A DNA stretch of 62,566 nt from Thermodesulfobacteriota bacterium (GCA_036781285.1 DAIQBH010000006.1:1-62566), one strand, 5' to 3'; counted from the stretch's first letter, positions 27,630-37,370 are shown. The notes: generated by a model from the sequence alone, not told the origin. A program made the numbers and translations.

Positions 27630-30600
27630 ATGAACCAGCGCCACGCGTCCGATTGGCTGGTGCAACCCGCGTGCTTCCGGCTATCACGCCGTGTGGCTCG
27701 GGGGACGATTGCGGCGCGATTCGCGCACTTCGTTGCGGTGCAGCCGGATGCGCTGGCGATCGCATCGGGTGGGATGCGGTGGACGTACGCGGCGCTCGCT
27801 GACGCCGTCGCGGCGCTGGCGGAGCGCCTTCGGGTGCACGGTGACGCCGACAATCCGGTAGCGTTGATGCTGCCGCACGGCGCGCCGGTTGCGGTCGGGG
27901 TGCTCGCGGCGGCGCGGCTCGGGCGGCCGGCGGTGATCGTCGAGCCACGCATGCCGGGGGCGCGGCGGGATGCGATCGTCGCCGACGCGGGTGCGGCCGC
28001 GGTGGTCACGCTCGATGGCGCCGACCCTACCGCGTCGCTCGGGGTCACGTCGCTCGGACGTGCGGCGTGGAAGCGGCTCGCGCATCCCGCGCTCCAAGCA
28101 CCCGATCGGCCGGCGCTCGTGCTCTACACGTCGGGGTCGACCGGGACGCCGAACGGCGTCGTGTATTCCGAGCGTGCGATCCTCGATCGGGTGGTCGACC
28201 GCGACCGGTTCGCGCTCGGGCCGGGCGATCGTGTCGGGGTCTTCGGCGGCGCCGGGATGAACCTCTTCCGGACGTTGCTGCGCGGGGCGGCGCTCTCGGC
28301 ATGGGACGTCGAGCGCGATGGTGTCGCGGGCGTCGCCGAGTGGATCGCGCGCGAGGAGATCACCGTCCTCCACTGTCTTCCGACGCTCTTCCGAAGACTC
28401 ACCGATTCGTGGGAACGCACGCCCCACTTTCCCCGGCTCCGCTTCGTGAGTCTCACCGGCGAGCCGGTCGTGCGGCGCGACGTCGAGCGTTTCCGGCGCT
28501 GCTTCCCGTCGACCACCGTGCTCCTGAACGGTCTCGGCACGACCGAGGCGGGCACGTTCTGTCAGGCGGCGATCGATCCGACGACCGTGCTCGAGGGCGA
28601 CCTCGTCCCGGTGGGCCGCGCCGTCGACGGCATCGACGTGCTCGTGTGCGACGAGGCGGGGAGGGCGCTCCCCGCGGGGGCGGTCGGGGAGATCGTGGTG
28701 CGCGGCGCGCTGCTCGCGGTGGGCTACTGGCAACGGCCGGTGCTCGAAGCGAATCGCTTCGGACGCGATCCGTACGGCAACGGGCCGCGGCGCTATCGGA
28801 CCGGCGACCTCGGCCGTCTCGCCGCGGACGGCTCGCTCGTGCACCTCGGCAGGCGTGACCATCAGGTGAAGGTCCGCGGCGTGCGCATCGAGCCGGCCGA
28901 GGTCGAGGCGGCGTTGATGCGGCACCCGTCGGTGCGCCAGGCGGCCGTCATCGGGCACCCGGGAGAAGAAGGCGAGGCGCGTCTGATCGCCTGCGTCGCG
29001 ACTGCGGCATCCCGCGACGACCTCGCGACCGAGCTCGCCCGATTCGTGCGGACGCGGCTGCCGGACGCGCTCGTGCCCGACGGGTGGACGTTCGTCGATA
29101 CGCTGCCGCTCCTTCCCGGCGGCAAGGTGGATCGCCGGGCACTGCCGTTGCCGCCGCCGCGCCGCCCGCGCCGGCACGACGCGGGCATCGTCGAGCTCTT
29201 CATGTGCGCGGTGGCGCGCCACCCGGAGGCGATCGCGTATCGCTGCGGCGACGTGATCCTCGGCTACGGAGACCTCGACGATCGATCGGCCGCGCTCACC
29301 GCCCGGCTCGTCGCGGCCGGCCTCGCCGACCAGGACGTCGTCGCGATCGCGCTGCCGCGCGAGCCCGCGTACGCCGTCGCCATCCTCGCCGTGCTGCGGG
29401 CCGGCGGCATCTGTCTCCCGATCGATCCCGACGGTCCTGAGGAGCGGAACGAAGCGATGCTGCGCGCGAGCGGCGCCCGGCATCTCGTGGCCTACGATGC
29501 GTGCACGCTCGGCCGCGGCCTCGCGCGCATCGACCCGGCGGTCTCGACCGGCCCGACCGCGACCGCCACGCCGCATCCCCCGCACGACCCGTCACGCCTC
29601 GCGTTCCTCCTCTACACCTCGGGCTCGACCGGAACGCCGAAGGGCGTCGAGGTGACCGAGGGGCAGATCCTGCACCGCCTCGCCTGGGATTGGACGGCGC
29701 GGCCCTTCCGCGCCGGCGAGGTCACCTGCCAGCGTGCGGCGGTCGGCTTCGTAGACGCGATCGCGGAGTGGCTCGGCGGATTGCTCCAGGGTGTCCCCAC
29801 GGTGGTCCTGCCGGACGCGCTCCTCGAGCGCCCGCGGGATCTCGTCGCGACCCTCGCGGCGCGGGAGGTGAGCCGCATCCTGCTCGTGCCGTCGCAGCTC
29901 GGACTTCTCCTCGACACGATCGCCGACCTCGGCGCGCGGCTGCCGGCGCTTCGTCTCTGGACCGCGAGCGGCGAGCCGCTGCCGCCCGTGACGGTCGCGC
30001 GCTTCCGGAGCGCATGCCCGGACGCGTCGCTCTGGAACGTGTACGGCGCGACCGAAGCCTGGGACACGACCGCGCACGAGCTCCGCGGCGTCGAGAGCCC
30101 GGTGCCGATCGGCCTGCCGCTTCCGGGGATGCGCGCGTACCTCCTCGACGACGCGCTGGCACCGGTCGCGACCGGGGTCGCCGGCGACCTCTACGTCGCG
30201 GGCGACGGCCTCGCACGCGGCTACCGCGACGACGCCGAGCGCACGCGCGAACGGTTCCTCACGAATCCCTTCAGCCCGGGCCTCGGCGACCGCCTCTACC
30301 GCACCGGCGACCGCGCGCGCCGTCGCGACGACGGCGTGCTCGAGCACCTCGGGCGCACCGACCGCTGCGTGAAGCTCCGCGGCGTCCGCGTCGAGCTCGG
30401 GGAGGTCGAAGCGGTTCTGGCGGCGCATCCCGCCGTGCGCGAGGCGGCGGCCGTGCTGATCGACGAGCGGCTCGTCGCGTTCGTCACGCCGGCGGCGGAC
30501 ACGTTCGATCGCCCGGCGCTCGACGCCTGGGCCCGCGACCGGCTGCCGCGGGCCGCGGTTCCCGGACGGATCGTGAGCGTTCCGTCGCTCCCGCGGAACG

Positions 30601-31634
30601 ACCGCGGCAAGGTCGATCGCCCCGCGCTCCAAGAGCCCGCGCGCGTGCTCGAACGTCCGCGGACGGAGCTCGAAGAGACGGTCGCGGAAATCTTCGCCGA
30701 TCTCCTCGGTCGCGGCCGCGTCGGCGCGACCGAGGATTTCTTCGACCTCGGCGGCGACTCGCTGCTCGCCGTGCGGCTCGTCGCCGAGCTCGAGGCCCTG
30801 ACCGGCCGCGCCGCCACCCTCGACGCGATCGTGGCGGATCCGACCCCGCGCGGGATCGCGACGACCCTCACCGAAACCGGCTTCCCGTGGGAGACGGCCG
30901 ACTGCATCACGCTGCACCCGAACGGTGACGCGCTGCCGCTCTTCGCGATCTGCGGGGCCTGGGGATGGGCGGTGCGGCTCCTGCGCGTCGGGCGCGCGCT
31001 CGGCGACGGGATTCCCATGTACGCGCTCCAGCCTCCCGCCATGGCATGGCCCGAGGGCGCGACGATCGAGGCGATCGCCGCGCACTATGCCGATCGCGTC
31101 GAGGCGCGCACGCCGTCGGGAGCGATCCGGCTCCTCGGGACGAGCTTCGGTGGCATCCTCGCGTTCGAGGTCGCGGTGCAGTTGCAGGCGCGCGGCCGCG
31201 CCGTTGCGCTCCTCGCGATGGTCGACTCGGCGGCACCTGGCTCGGCGCTGAAAGAGCCGCCGCCCGCCTCGGGCGCGAGCCCGATCGAGGCCGCCGGTCG
31301 CCGCGTGTACTTCGCGCACCTCGCGGCCTCGGAGGCGTATGCTCCGACCGCCCGCTTCGACGGCCGCATCCTCTACTTCCAGTGCAGCCGCTCGGTCAGC
31401 CGGGCCACTCCGGAGCGCTGGGCGCCGTTCACGCGTGCCGGCGTCGAGGTCGTCGTCGTGCCGGGCGAGCACGGACAGTTCCACGTCGAGCCGCAGCTCG
31501 GCGCGATCACGCGCGTGCTCGCGAAACGGCTCTCAGTCGCCGCAGCCGGCGCGGGGGAGGAGCCCGACGCGCTCCTTCAGCGCGAGCACGCGCCGGAGCG
31601 AGCGATCGATCCGGTCGACGCCGAGCTCGCCTGA
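27630..31634 (+). CDS. NRPS-like protein, A-A-T-TE architecture with no condensation domain
   Basis: Two sets of A-domain motifs (YTSGSTG, YRTGD, GRxDxxVKxRG, GKVDR); one carrier domain FFDLGGDSL; thioesterase GTSFGG with His in GEHG. Confidence 0.9.
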   Translation: MNQRHASDWLVQPACFRLSRRVARGTIAARFAHFVAVQPDALAIASGGMRWTYAALADAVAALAERLRVHGDADNPVALMLPHGAPVAVGVLAAARLGRPAVIVEPRMPGARRDAIVADAGAAAVVTLDGADPTASLGVTSLGRAAWKRLAHPALQAPDRPALVLYTSGSTGTPNGVVYSERAILDRVVDRDRFALGPGDRVGVFGGAGMNLFRTLLRGAALSAWDVERDGVAGVAEWIAREEITVLHCLPTLFRRLTDSWERTPHFPRLRFVSLTGEPVVRRDVERFRRCFPSTTVLLNGLGTTEAGTFCQAAIDPTTVLEGDLVPVGRAVDGIDVLVCDEAGRALPAGAVGEIVVRGALLAVGYWQRPVLEANRFGRDPYGNGPRRYRTGDLGRLAADGSLVHLGRRDHQVKVRGVRIEPAEVEAALMRHPSVRQAAVIGHPGEEGEARLIACVATAASRDDLATELARFVRTRLPDALVPDGWTFVDTLPLLPGGKVDRRALPLPPPRRPRRHDAGIVELFMCAVARHPEAIAYRCGDVILGYGDLDDRSAALTARLVAAGLADQDVVAIALPREPAYAVAILAVLRAGGICLPIDPDGPEERNEAMLRASGARHLVAYDACTLGRGLARIDPAVSTGPTATATPHPPHDPSRLAFLLYTSGSTGTPKGVEVTEGQILHRLAWDWTARPFRAGEVTCQRAAVGFVDAIAEWLGGLLQGVPTVVLPDALLERPRDLVATLAAREVSRILLVPSQLGLLLDTIADLGARLPALRLWTASGEPLPPVTVARFRSACPDASLWNVYGATEAWDTTAHELRGVESPVPIGLPLPGMRAYLLDDALAPVATGVAGDLYVAGDGLARGYRDDAERTRERFLTNPFSPGLGDRLYRTGDRARRRDDGVLEHLGRTDRCVKLRGVRVELGEVEAVLAAHPAVREAAAVLIDERLVAFVTPAADTFDRPALDAWARDRLPRAAVPGRIVSVPSLPRNDRGKVDRPALQEPARVLERPRTELEETVAEIFADLLGRGRVGATEDFFDLGGDSLLAVRLVAELEALTGRAATLDAIVADPTPRGIATTLTETGFPWETADCITLHPNGDALPLFAICGAWGWAVRLLRVGRALGDGIPMYALQPPAMAWPEGATIEAIAAHYADRVEARTPSGAIRLLGTSFGGILAFEVAVQLQARGRAVALLAMVDSAAPGSALKEPPPASGASPIEAAGRRVYFAHLAASEAYAPTARFDGRILYFQCSRSVSRATPERWAPFTRAGVEVVVVPGEHGQFHVEPQLGAITRVLAKRLSVAAAGAGEEPDALLQREHAPERAIDPVDAELA

Positions 31635-32657
31635 CGCGACCGCGCGGACCGCGCGCGTCACGATGTCGGCGACGTCGCGCGCCGTCTTCGCCCCGAGCAG
31701 CCAGTCGTTGCCGGCGAGCCAGGCGGCGACGGCGCGGTCGCCGATCGTCGACTCGGCGCCCACGCTCGCGCCCTTCATTCCGAGACTGTCGACCACGACG
31801 ACGCCGTCGAAGCCGAGCGCATCGCGAAGACCGCCGGTGACGACCGCCGGCGCCAGCGACCCCGGCCGCGCCGGGTCGAGCGCGTCGACGATCACGTGGC
31901 TCACCATGATCGCGTGCACGCCGCCCGCCGCGAGGAGCGTCCGATAGGGTGCCCAATCGATCGCCTCGAGCTCGTCGCGCGTCACCGCCGTGCGCGGCAG
32001 CATCTGGTGGGGGTCCTCGGCGACCGACCCGAGCCCGGGGAAGTGCTTGAGCACGCCGACCACGCGGCCGCTCGCTTGCAGCCCGTCGAGGTAGGCGCCC
32101 GCGAAGCGCGCGACCGTCGCGGCGTCGCCGCCGAAGGTCCGCTCCGAGAGCTGCCAGTTGTAGACGCGGGTCACGTCGACGACCGGCGCCAAGTTGACCG
32201 CGATGCCGAGGCGGGCGAGATCGGCCGCGTCCTCGCGGCCCGCCGCCGCCGCGCGCGCCGGGTCGGTGCTCGCCGCGAGCGTCTCGGCCGACGGGCGTTT
32301 CCCGCGCACCGATTCCAGGCGATCGACGCGCCCCCCCTCTTGGTCGACGACGACGGCGAGGGGCACGGCGCTCACGTCCTGCATCGTCGTGACCAGGCGC
32401 TGCACCTGCGCACCGTCGACGATGTTTCCCGCCTTGGCGTACACGGCGACCCCACCGACCCGGTGACGGCGGATCATCGCCGCGAGGTCGGGCGCGAGGA
32501 CGGGACCGTCGAAACGGACGATCAGGAGCTGCGCGATCTTCCACTCGAGATCGAGCGTCGCGAGCCAGTCGTCGGCCGAGCAGGCACGCCGCGCATCCGA
32601 AAACGACAGCGATGCGAGCCCGGCGACGAGCAGGGCGACGGCGATCCAGCGCGGCAC
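31533..32657 (-). CDS. nagZ: GH3 beta-N-acetylhexosaminidase (NagZ-like), probably exported
   Basis: VDQEGGRV, APVVDV, KHFPGLG, D-P-H loop, VDSLGM. Hydrophobic N-terminus. Confidence 0.85.
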   Translation of the reverse strand: MPRWIAVALLVAGLASLSFSDARRACSADDWLATLDLEWKIAQLLIVRFDGPVLAPDLAAMIRRHRVGGVAVYAKAGNIVDGAQVQRLVTTMQDVSAVPLAVVVDQEGGRVDRLESVRGKRPSAETLAASTDPARAAAAGREDAADLARLGIAVNLAPVVDVTRVYNWQLSERTFGGDAATVARFAGAYLDGLQASGRVVGVLKHFPGLGSVAEDPHQMLPRTAVTRDELEAIDWAPYRTLLAAGGVHAIMVSHVIVDALDPARPGSLAPAVVTGGLRDALGFDGVVVVDSLGMKGASVGAESTIGDRAVAAWLAGNDWLLGAKTARDVADIVTRAVRAVASGELGVDRIDRSLRRVLALKERVGLLPRAGCGD

Positions 32658-32750
32658 CGACGCGAGGTAGACGGCCGGTCATGACCCCGTCAAGCGCGGG
32701 TCGTTTCAGGTGACGTCCCGCGACCGGCGGGCTAGGATCGGCGGCCGTCC

Positions 32751-33899
32751 ATGGCCTATCCGGGCTCCACCACCGTCGTCATCACGGGCATGCATCGCTC
32801 GGGCACGTCCTTCGTGGCGAGCGCGCTCGAGGCCGCGGGTCTGCCGGTCGGCGAGCGGCTCCTCACCGACTTCCCGGGCAACCCGCGCGGCCACTTCGAG
32901 GATCTCGATTTCGTGACCGTCCACGAGGATGCGCTCGCGTCCTTGCCGGAAGGCTCGTTCGTCACGTCCGACGCGGCGCTGGCGTTCGATGCCGAGCAGC
33001 GCGCGCGCGTCGCCGCCCTGATCGCGGCGCGCGGCGCGCTTCCCGCCTGGGGCTTCAAGGACCCGCGGACGACGCTCTTCCTCGACGAGTGGCGGCGGCT
33101 GCTGCCGCGGGCGCGCTGGGTGCTCCTCTATCGCCATCCGCTCGAGGTGCTGACGTCGATCCTCCGCCGCGGCATCAACCGCGACGTCCTCGCGGTTCCG
33201 GCGCTCGGTCTCCGCGTCTGGCGCGCGTACAACGAACGTCTCCTCGCGTTCCACGCGGCGCACCCCGGCGAGAGCCTGCTCGCGTCGATCGACGCGGTCG
33301 GCGCCGATGTGGCGGGCTTCGTCCACCGCGTCGCCGCCGGGCTCGGCCTCGGGCTCGACGGCGCGCGTGCGGCGGAACGGTTCCATGCCGGCGACCTCCG
33401 GGCGCTTGCTCTCGGCACGCGTGCCGAGGCCGTGCTCCGCACGCTCCATCCCGACGTGGCCGCGACGCTCGCCCGTCTCGACGCCGCCGCCGACCTCGCG
33501 CGTCCGGCCCGGGGCGCGCCGGACGCGGAGGGGATCGCGCTGGTCGAAGCGCTCGCGTCCGTGCCGGGTGCGCCCGCCCTGGAGTGTCTCCTCGCGCTCG
33601 TCACGCCGGACACCTGGCAAGGCGTGCCCGCGAAGCTCCTGGCGTCGATTCGCGCCGTCGAGGCCGAGCACCGCAAGCTCGGCGACGACTGGCATCAGCA
33701 GAAGCGGTACATCGAGGCGCAGGCCGCCTACATCGGAGAGCTCGACACGGAGCGCGCCCGGCTCGACGCGGAGCGCGCCCGGCTCGACGCCGAGCGCGCC
33801 CGGCTCGCGACGGAAGTCGAGCGGCTCGCCGCGGAGCTCCGAAGGACGACCGACGAGAGCCTGCTCGACCAGGTGCTGCGCCGCCTGCGGCTCGGCTGA
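32751..33899 (+). CDS. Sulfotransferase-fold protein with a C-terminal coiled coil
   Basis: ITGMHRSGTS, WGFKDPRT, YRHPLEV..S; heptads RLDAERA. Confidence 0.85.
   Translation: MAYPGSTTVVITGMHRSGTSFVASALEAAGLPVGERLLTDFPGNPRGHFEDLDFVTVHEDALASLPEGSFVTSDAALAFDAEQRARVAALIAARGALPAWGFKDPRTTLFLDEWRRLLPRARWVLLYRHPLEVLTSILRRGINRDVLAVPALGLRVWRAYNERLLAFHAAHPGESLLASIDAVGADVAGFVHRVAAGLGLGLDGARAAERFHAGDLRALALGTRAEAVLRTLHPDVAATLARLDAAADLARPARGAPDAEGIALVEALASVPGAPALECLLALVTPDTWQGVPAKLLASIRAVEAEHRKLGDDWHQQKRYIEAQAAYIGELDTERARLDAERARLDAERARLATEVERLAAELRRTTDESLLDQVLRRLRLG
33741..33803 (+). repeat. Three 21-bp in-frame tandem repeats encoding heptads
   Basis: CTCGAC(A/G)C(G/C)GAGCGCGCCCGG x3. Confidence 0.9.
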
Positions 33900-33910
33900 C
33901 GCCCGCCTGC

Positions 33911-35335
33911 TCAGCCCGCGCCGTCGACCTCCGCTGTCAGAAGCGGCAGGAGCACGGCGGCGAGCGCGTCGACGATCTCCGGCGGGACCGGCCGCTCCTC
34001 GTCACGCACGCGGGCGAAAAGCGCGCCGATGGCGTCCCGTGTCTCCATGTCGAGCGCGCTCGACGCGCCGAGCTTGCCCTCGCGCGGCTCCACTTTCAGC
34101 GGATCGCGTTTGGCGTGCGCCCGTCCGACCACCGAGGCGAAATGGAGGAGCGCCCGATCGAGCAGCACCCACGGGAACTGGCGATCGCGGAGCGGCCCGA
34201 TCGTCGCGATGCGCCCGGCAACGCTTTGTCCGAGCACCTTCACCTCGACGGCCTGTTCGGTGCCGAACCAGCTCGCGATGCCTCCGACGACGCCGCCGAT
34301 CACGCTGCCGAGGAGGAACGAGTGTCCGAGTGTCGCCGCGTCGATGACGCCGCCGATCGCAGCGCCGCCGATCGCCCCCGCGCGCACGATCTGCCACTGG
34401 TCGAGGCCGAACACGCGCCGGTTCTCCTGCGCGAAGAGATCCCACTCGAAGGCCTCGGGCGCGAGGGCGGCCTCCTCGCGCGTGACCCGCTCGTGCCGGT
34501 AGAGCCGCTCGATCTCGCGCCGCGCGCGCTGCTCGCGGTCGCGGAGCGCCGCGAGGAACTCGGACTCCCACGCGACCCGGTGTCGTTCGATCGTGTCGTT
34601 CTCGGCGAGCGGGTGCTCCACGGTGAAGGTCACGGCGTCCGCGACGAGCTCGGCGACGATCGCGGCGGCACGGTCGCGCCGCCGTCGCCAGTCCGCCTCC
34701 AGCACGCGGATCGCTTCGTCGATGGAGGCCCGCGCGCCGGCGTCGAGCTCGCGAAAGGCGCGGAGCAGCGCCACGCGCTCCGCGAAGCCGGAGCGGTGGG
34801 CGTCGAACGGGCGTACCACGCTGAAGTATTGGCCGAGCGCGCGCGTCCATTCGTCGACGTGGTCGGCGCCGCCGATCGCGTTCACGAGCGCCATGCGTGG
34901 ACGGCCGGTCCAGCGCAGGATCTCCATCTCGGCCTCGTAGTTCCGGCGGTACGGCAGCGACGCGTCGACCACGTAGAGGATCGCGGCGCCGTCGAGGATC
35001 GGGGTCAGCAGCGCGCACTCGTCGGCGAACTCGGCGCCGCCGCGGAACGTCTCGACGAAGCGCGCGACGAGCGCCGGCCGGTCGGCGGCGCTCTGCTCAC
35101 GCTCCTGGAGCCAGGCGAGCGCGCGCGGCGCCTCCTCGAAGCCCGGCGTGTCGATCGCATAGCAGAGCACGCGGCCGTCGTCGGCGCGGAACGGGAAGCG
35201 GGCGCAGACCCGCGTCGTGCCGGGCTCCTTGTCGACGCGGACGGAGTCGTCCTCCACCAGCGTCGAGACGACGCTCGACTTCCCCTTGTTCACGCGCCCG
35301 ACGACCGCGAAGGCCGGAACCGCGTATTCGGTCAC
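33911..35335 (-). CDS. GTPase/DUF3482-like protein
   Basis: G1 GRVNKGKS, G2 PGTT, G3 DTPG, G4-like VNAI; GxxxG transmembrane hairpin. GTGA overlap with the upstream stop. Confidence 0.8.
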   Translation of the reverse strand: MTEYAVPAFAVVGRVNKGKSSVVSTLVEDDSVRVDKEPGTTRVCARFPFRADDGRVLCYAIDTPGFEEAPRALAWLQEREQSAADRPALVARFVETFRGGAEFADECALLTPILDGAAILYVVDASLPYRRNYEAEMEILRWTGRPRMALVNAIGGADHVDEWTRALGQYFSVVRPFDAHRSGFAERVALLRAFRELDAGARASIDEAIRVLEADWRRRRDRAAAIVAELVADAVTFTVEHPLAENDTIERHRVAWESEFLAALRDREQRARREIERLYRHERVTREEAALAPEAFEWDLFAQENRRVFGLDQWQIVRAGAIGGAAIGGVIDAATLGHSFLLGSVIGGVVGGIASWFGTEQAVEVKVLGQSVAGRIATIGPLRDRQFPWVLLDRALLHFASVVGRAHAKRDPLKVEPREGKLGASSALDMETRDAIGALFARVRDEERPVPPEIVDALAAVLLPLLTAEVDGAG

Positions 35336-36846
35336 GAGACCAACGCCTCCACGCGGAGCCACGGGTCGCCGAGCGCGGCGACCCGCTGGCGCCAGATCCG
35401 CACGTCGTCCGGCTTCGGCGCGGCGTGATCGTCCGATCCGCCGAAGAGTGCCACGATCACCGGGACGCGCTCGCCGACGCTCCGCCGCACGTTCTGCAAG
35501 AGACGCTGGACGCTCTTCGACGGCGGCTCGAAGGCCTCCGCGACGAGGAGCACCGGCCGGTCGCTTTCCGCGAGCGCGGCGAGATGCCGGCGCTCTCCGG
35601 GGTCGTCGTCGCCGCGGACGTCGTCGAGCGACGCGACCTGCCAGCCGTATCGCGCGCCGACGAGCCGCGCGACGTCGTCCCGCGAAACCGCCGCGTCGGC
35701 CCAGCGGAGCGCGCGGACCACGACGCCGCTCACGGGAAGGGCGCAGCCGCTTCCGACGTCCGCCGTCGGTGACGCTACGACCGCCGTGCCGACGGTGTCG
35801 CCGCGGCCCCAGAGGTTCGCGCGCTGGAGAAGGCGCTCGCAGAGCGCCGCGCACTCGCCGTGATCCAGGGCCAGCGCCGCGCGTGCGCGGCGCGCGCGAT
35901 GCGCGGCGTACGTCGCGAGGAGTATCCGCGGCACGAGCGCGTACGCGACGAGCGCGGCGACGAGAAACGGCCACCAGTCGCCGAGGAGATCGGGGTCGTA
36001 GTCGCGCCCCGGGAAGTAGCGGCTCGCGGCGACGAGCTCCGGGCTCGGCACCGCTGCGTCGAGCCAGAGCCACGGTGTCGCCATCGCGTGGAAGAAGCTG
36101 GTCATGACGGCAGGGTCGACCTCGAGCGTGGTGCTCCACGCGAACGCGAGCGCGCGAACCGTCACGAGGTACATCGTCGCCGCCAGCGCGCCGAGATTGA
36201 AGGCGACGGCCGCACGCTGCGTGAGCGCCGTCAGCAACCAACGCTCGACGTCGGCGTAGATGGTTTGCCAGGCGGCCAGTCGTCCCAACGCGGCCCGTCC
36301 GCGCGCGCCGACGGCGCCGTGATCCGCGAGCTTTCGCGCGCTCCGGTGCGCGAGCTCGCGGAGCAGCGCCGGCACGCCGGCGCCACGATCGAGTCCGAGG
36401 ACCCGCGCCACGCCGCCGAGCCACGCGCGCGGCACCATGCCGATCACCGTGAGCGCGATGAGCGCCACCTGGAGGAACACGAGCACCGCCAGATAGCCGA
36501 CGATGTTCACCGGATCGCGCCCGTCGTACGCGAGCAACCCCGCCGCCGTTGCCGCACCCGCGACGAACGTCGCGATCGGCAAGAGAACGCCGGCGGCCCG
36601 ATACACCCCACTGATCCGCTCCCCTACCGACGCCCCCGCAGGATCGCCGACGGCCGTGAGCCAATGCCGCACGAGCTGCCGCCGCGACAGCGAAGCGGCG
36701 CGCCCTCCGAGCGCATCGGCGATCCGCGCATCCCGCGCCGCAACCTCGCCAGGATCCCGCTCCCGATCCTCGAGCAACCGCACCTCGAGATCGATGAGCT
36801 CGGCCAACGACAGCGGCCCCCGCCCCGGCTCCACGGCGCCGGTCAC
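35332..36846 (-). CDS. DUF2868-like membrane protein
   Basis: Three hydrophobic segments, LAFAWSTTL, WWPFL...Y.LVPR, C-terminal EAFEPP. Usual partner of the DUF3482 GTPase. Confidence 0.72.
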   Translation of the reverse strand: MTGAVEPGRGPLSLAELIDLEVRLLEDRERDPGEVAARDARIADALGGRAASLSRRQLVRHWLTAVGDPAGASVGERISGVYRAAGVLLPIATFVAGAATAAGLLAYDGRDPVNIVGYLAVLVFLQVALIALTVIGMVPRAWLGGVARVLGLDRGAGVPALLRELAHRSARKLADHGAVGARGRAALGRLAAWQTIYADVERWLLTALTQRAAVAFNLGALAATMYLVTVRALAFAWSTTLEVDPAVMTSFFHAMATPWLWLDAAVPSPELVAASRYFPGRDYDPDLLGDWWPFLVAALVAYALVPRILLATYAAHRARRARAALALDHGECAALCERLLQRANLWGRGDTVGTAVVASPTADVGSGCALPVSGVVVRALRWADAAVSRDDVARLVGARYGWQVASLDDVRGDDDPGERRHLAALAESDRPVLLVAEAFEPPSKSVQRLLQNVRRSVGERVPVIVALFGGSDDHAAPKPDDVRIWRQRVAALGDPWLRVEALVS

Positions 36847-36980
36847 GACGCGAACCCCGCGCGCTCAGACGAACCAGGCCGACGACGGTGCGGGCAACGG
36901 GAAACCACGACGCCCGAGGTTTGTACCCGCACCAGCGCACCACCAGCAACGCACCCGTGGAGCAGCAAAAGGGAATGGAC

Positions 36981-37122
36981 GTGGACGGCGGGCGGGTCGG
37001 AGATCGGTCGGGGAGCGGTCAGCTCGCGTATTACGCAAGCCATTGTGGCTGCGACGGGCCTTACGCGCCGGGACCAGCGACCCCGCGACCGTAGGCCGAT
37101 GTCCGACCCGCCCGCCGTCCAC
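36981..37122. repeat. Long inverted repeat (27-bp arms, 1 mismatch)
   Basis: GTGGACGGCGGGCGGGTCGGAGATCGG (36981-37007) vs CCGATGTCCGACCCGCCCGCCGTCCAC (37096-37122). Confidence 0.85.
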
Positions 37123-37211
37123 CGCCAATATCTTTCCTTCGCGTTCTTTCGCGCGGTCGTCGACGATCGAGCCTTGCGTCGCAAGAGAGGCGCGTAGTAG
37201 GGTCGCGCCCA

Positions 37212-37307
37212 ATGTTCCCCGCCGACGCCAACCAGCAGCTCCATCGAAACGCCGCCGCTGTCGTCGTCGTAGTCGTCGCCAAGGTCGTAGAGGCCGTCGC
37301 GTCCTAG
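37212..37307 (+). CDS. Val-rich ilvBN leader peptide (IvbL-like), 31 aa
   Basis: [31 protein letters not shown]: 9 Val, 6 of them consecutive, directly ahead of a terminator and ilvB. Confidence 0.88.
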   Translation: MFPADANQQLHRNAAAVVVVVVAKVVEAVAS

Positions 37308-37329
37308 CGGGGATTCAGCAGCGCACACC

Positions 37330-37370
37330 AACCCCTGCCGGCGCGAAGGCCGAGCGGGGGTTTCGTTTTT
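37330..37370 (+). terminator. Attenuator terminator of ilvBN
   Basis: AACCCCTGCCGGC-GCGAAG-GCCGAGCGGGGGTT followed by TCGTTTTT. The competing antiterminator strand GCGGGGATT is at 37307-37315. Confidence 0.85.

Noticed and set aside
5745-33803. Short direct repeats as a CRISPR array
   Set aside because: Only 2-3 adjacent copies without unique spacers, and no cas genes.
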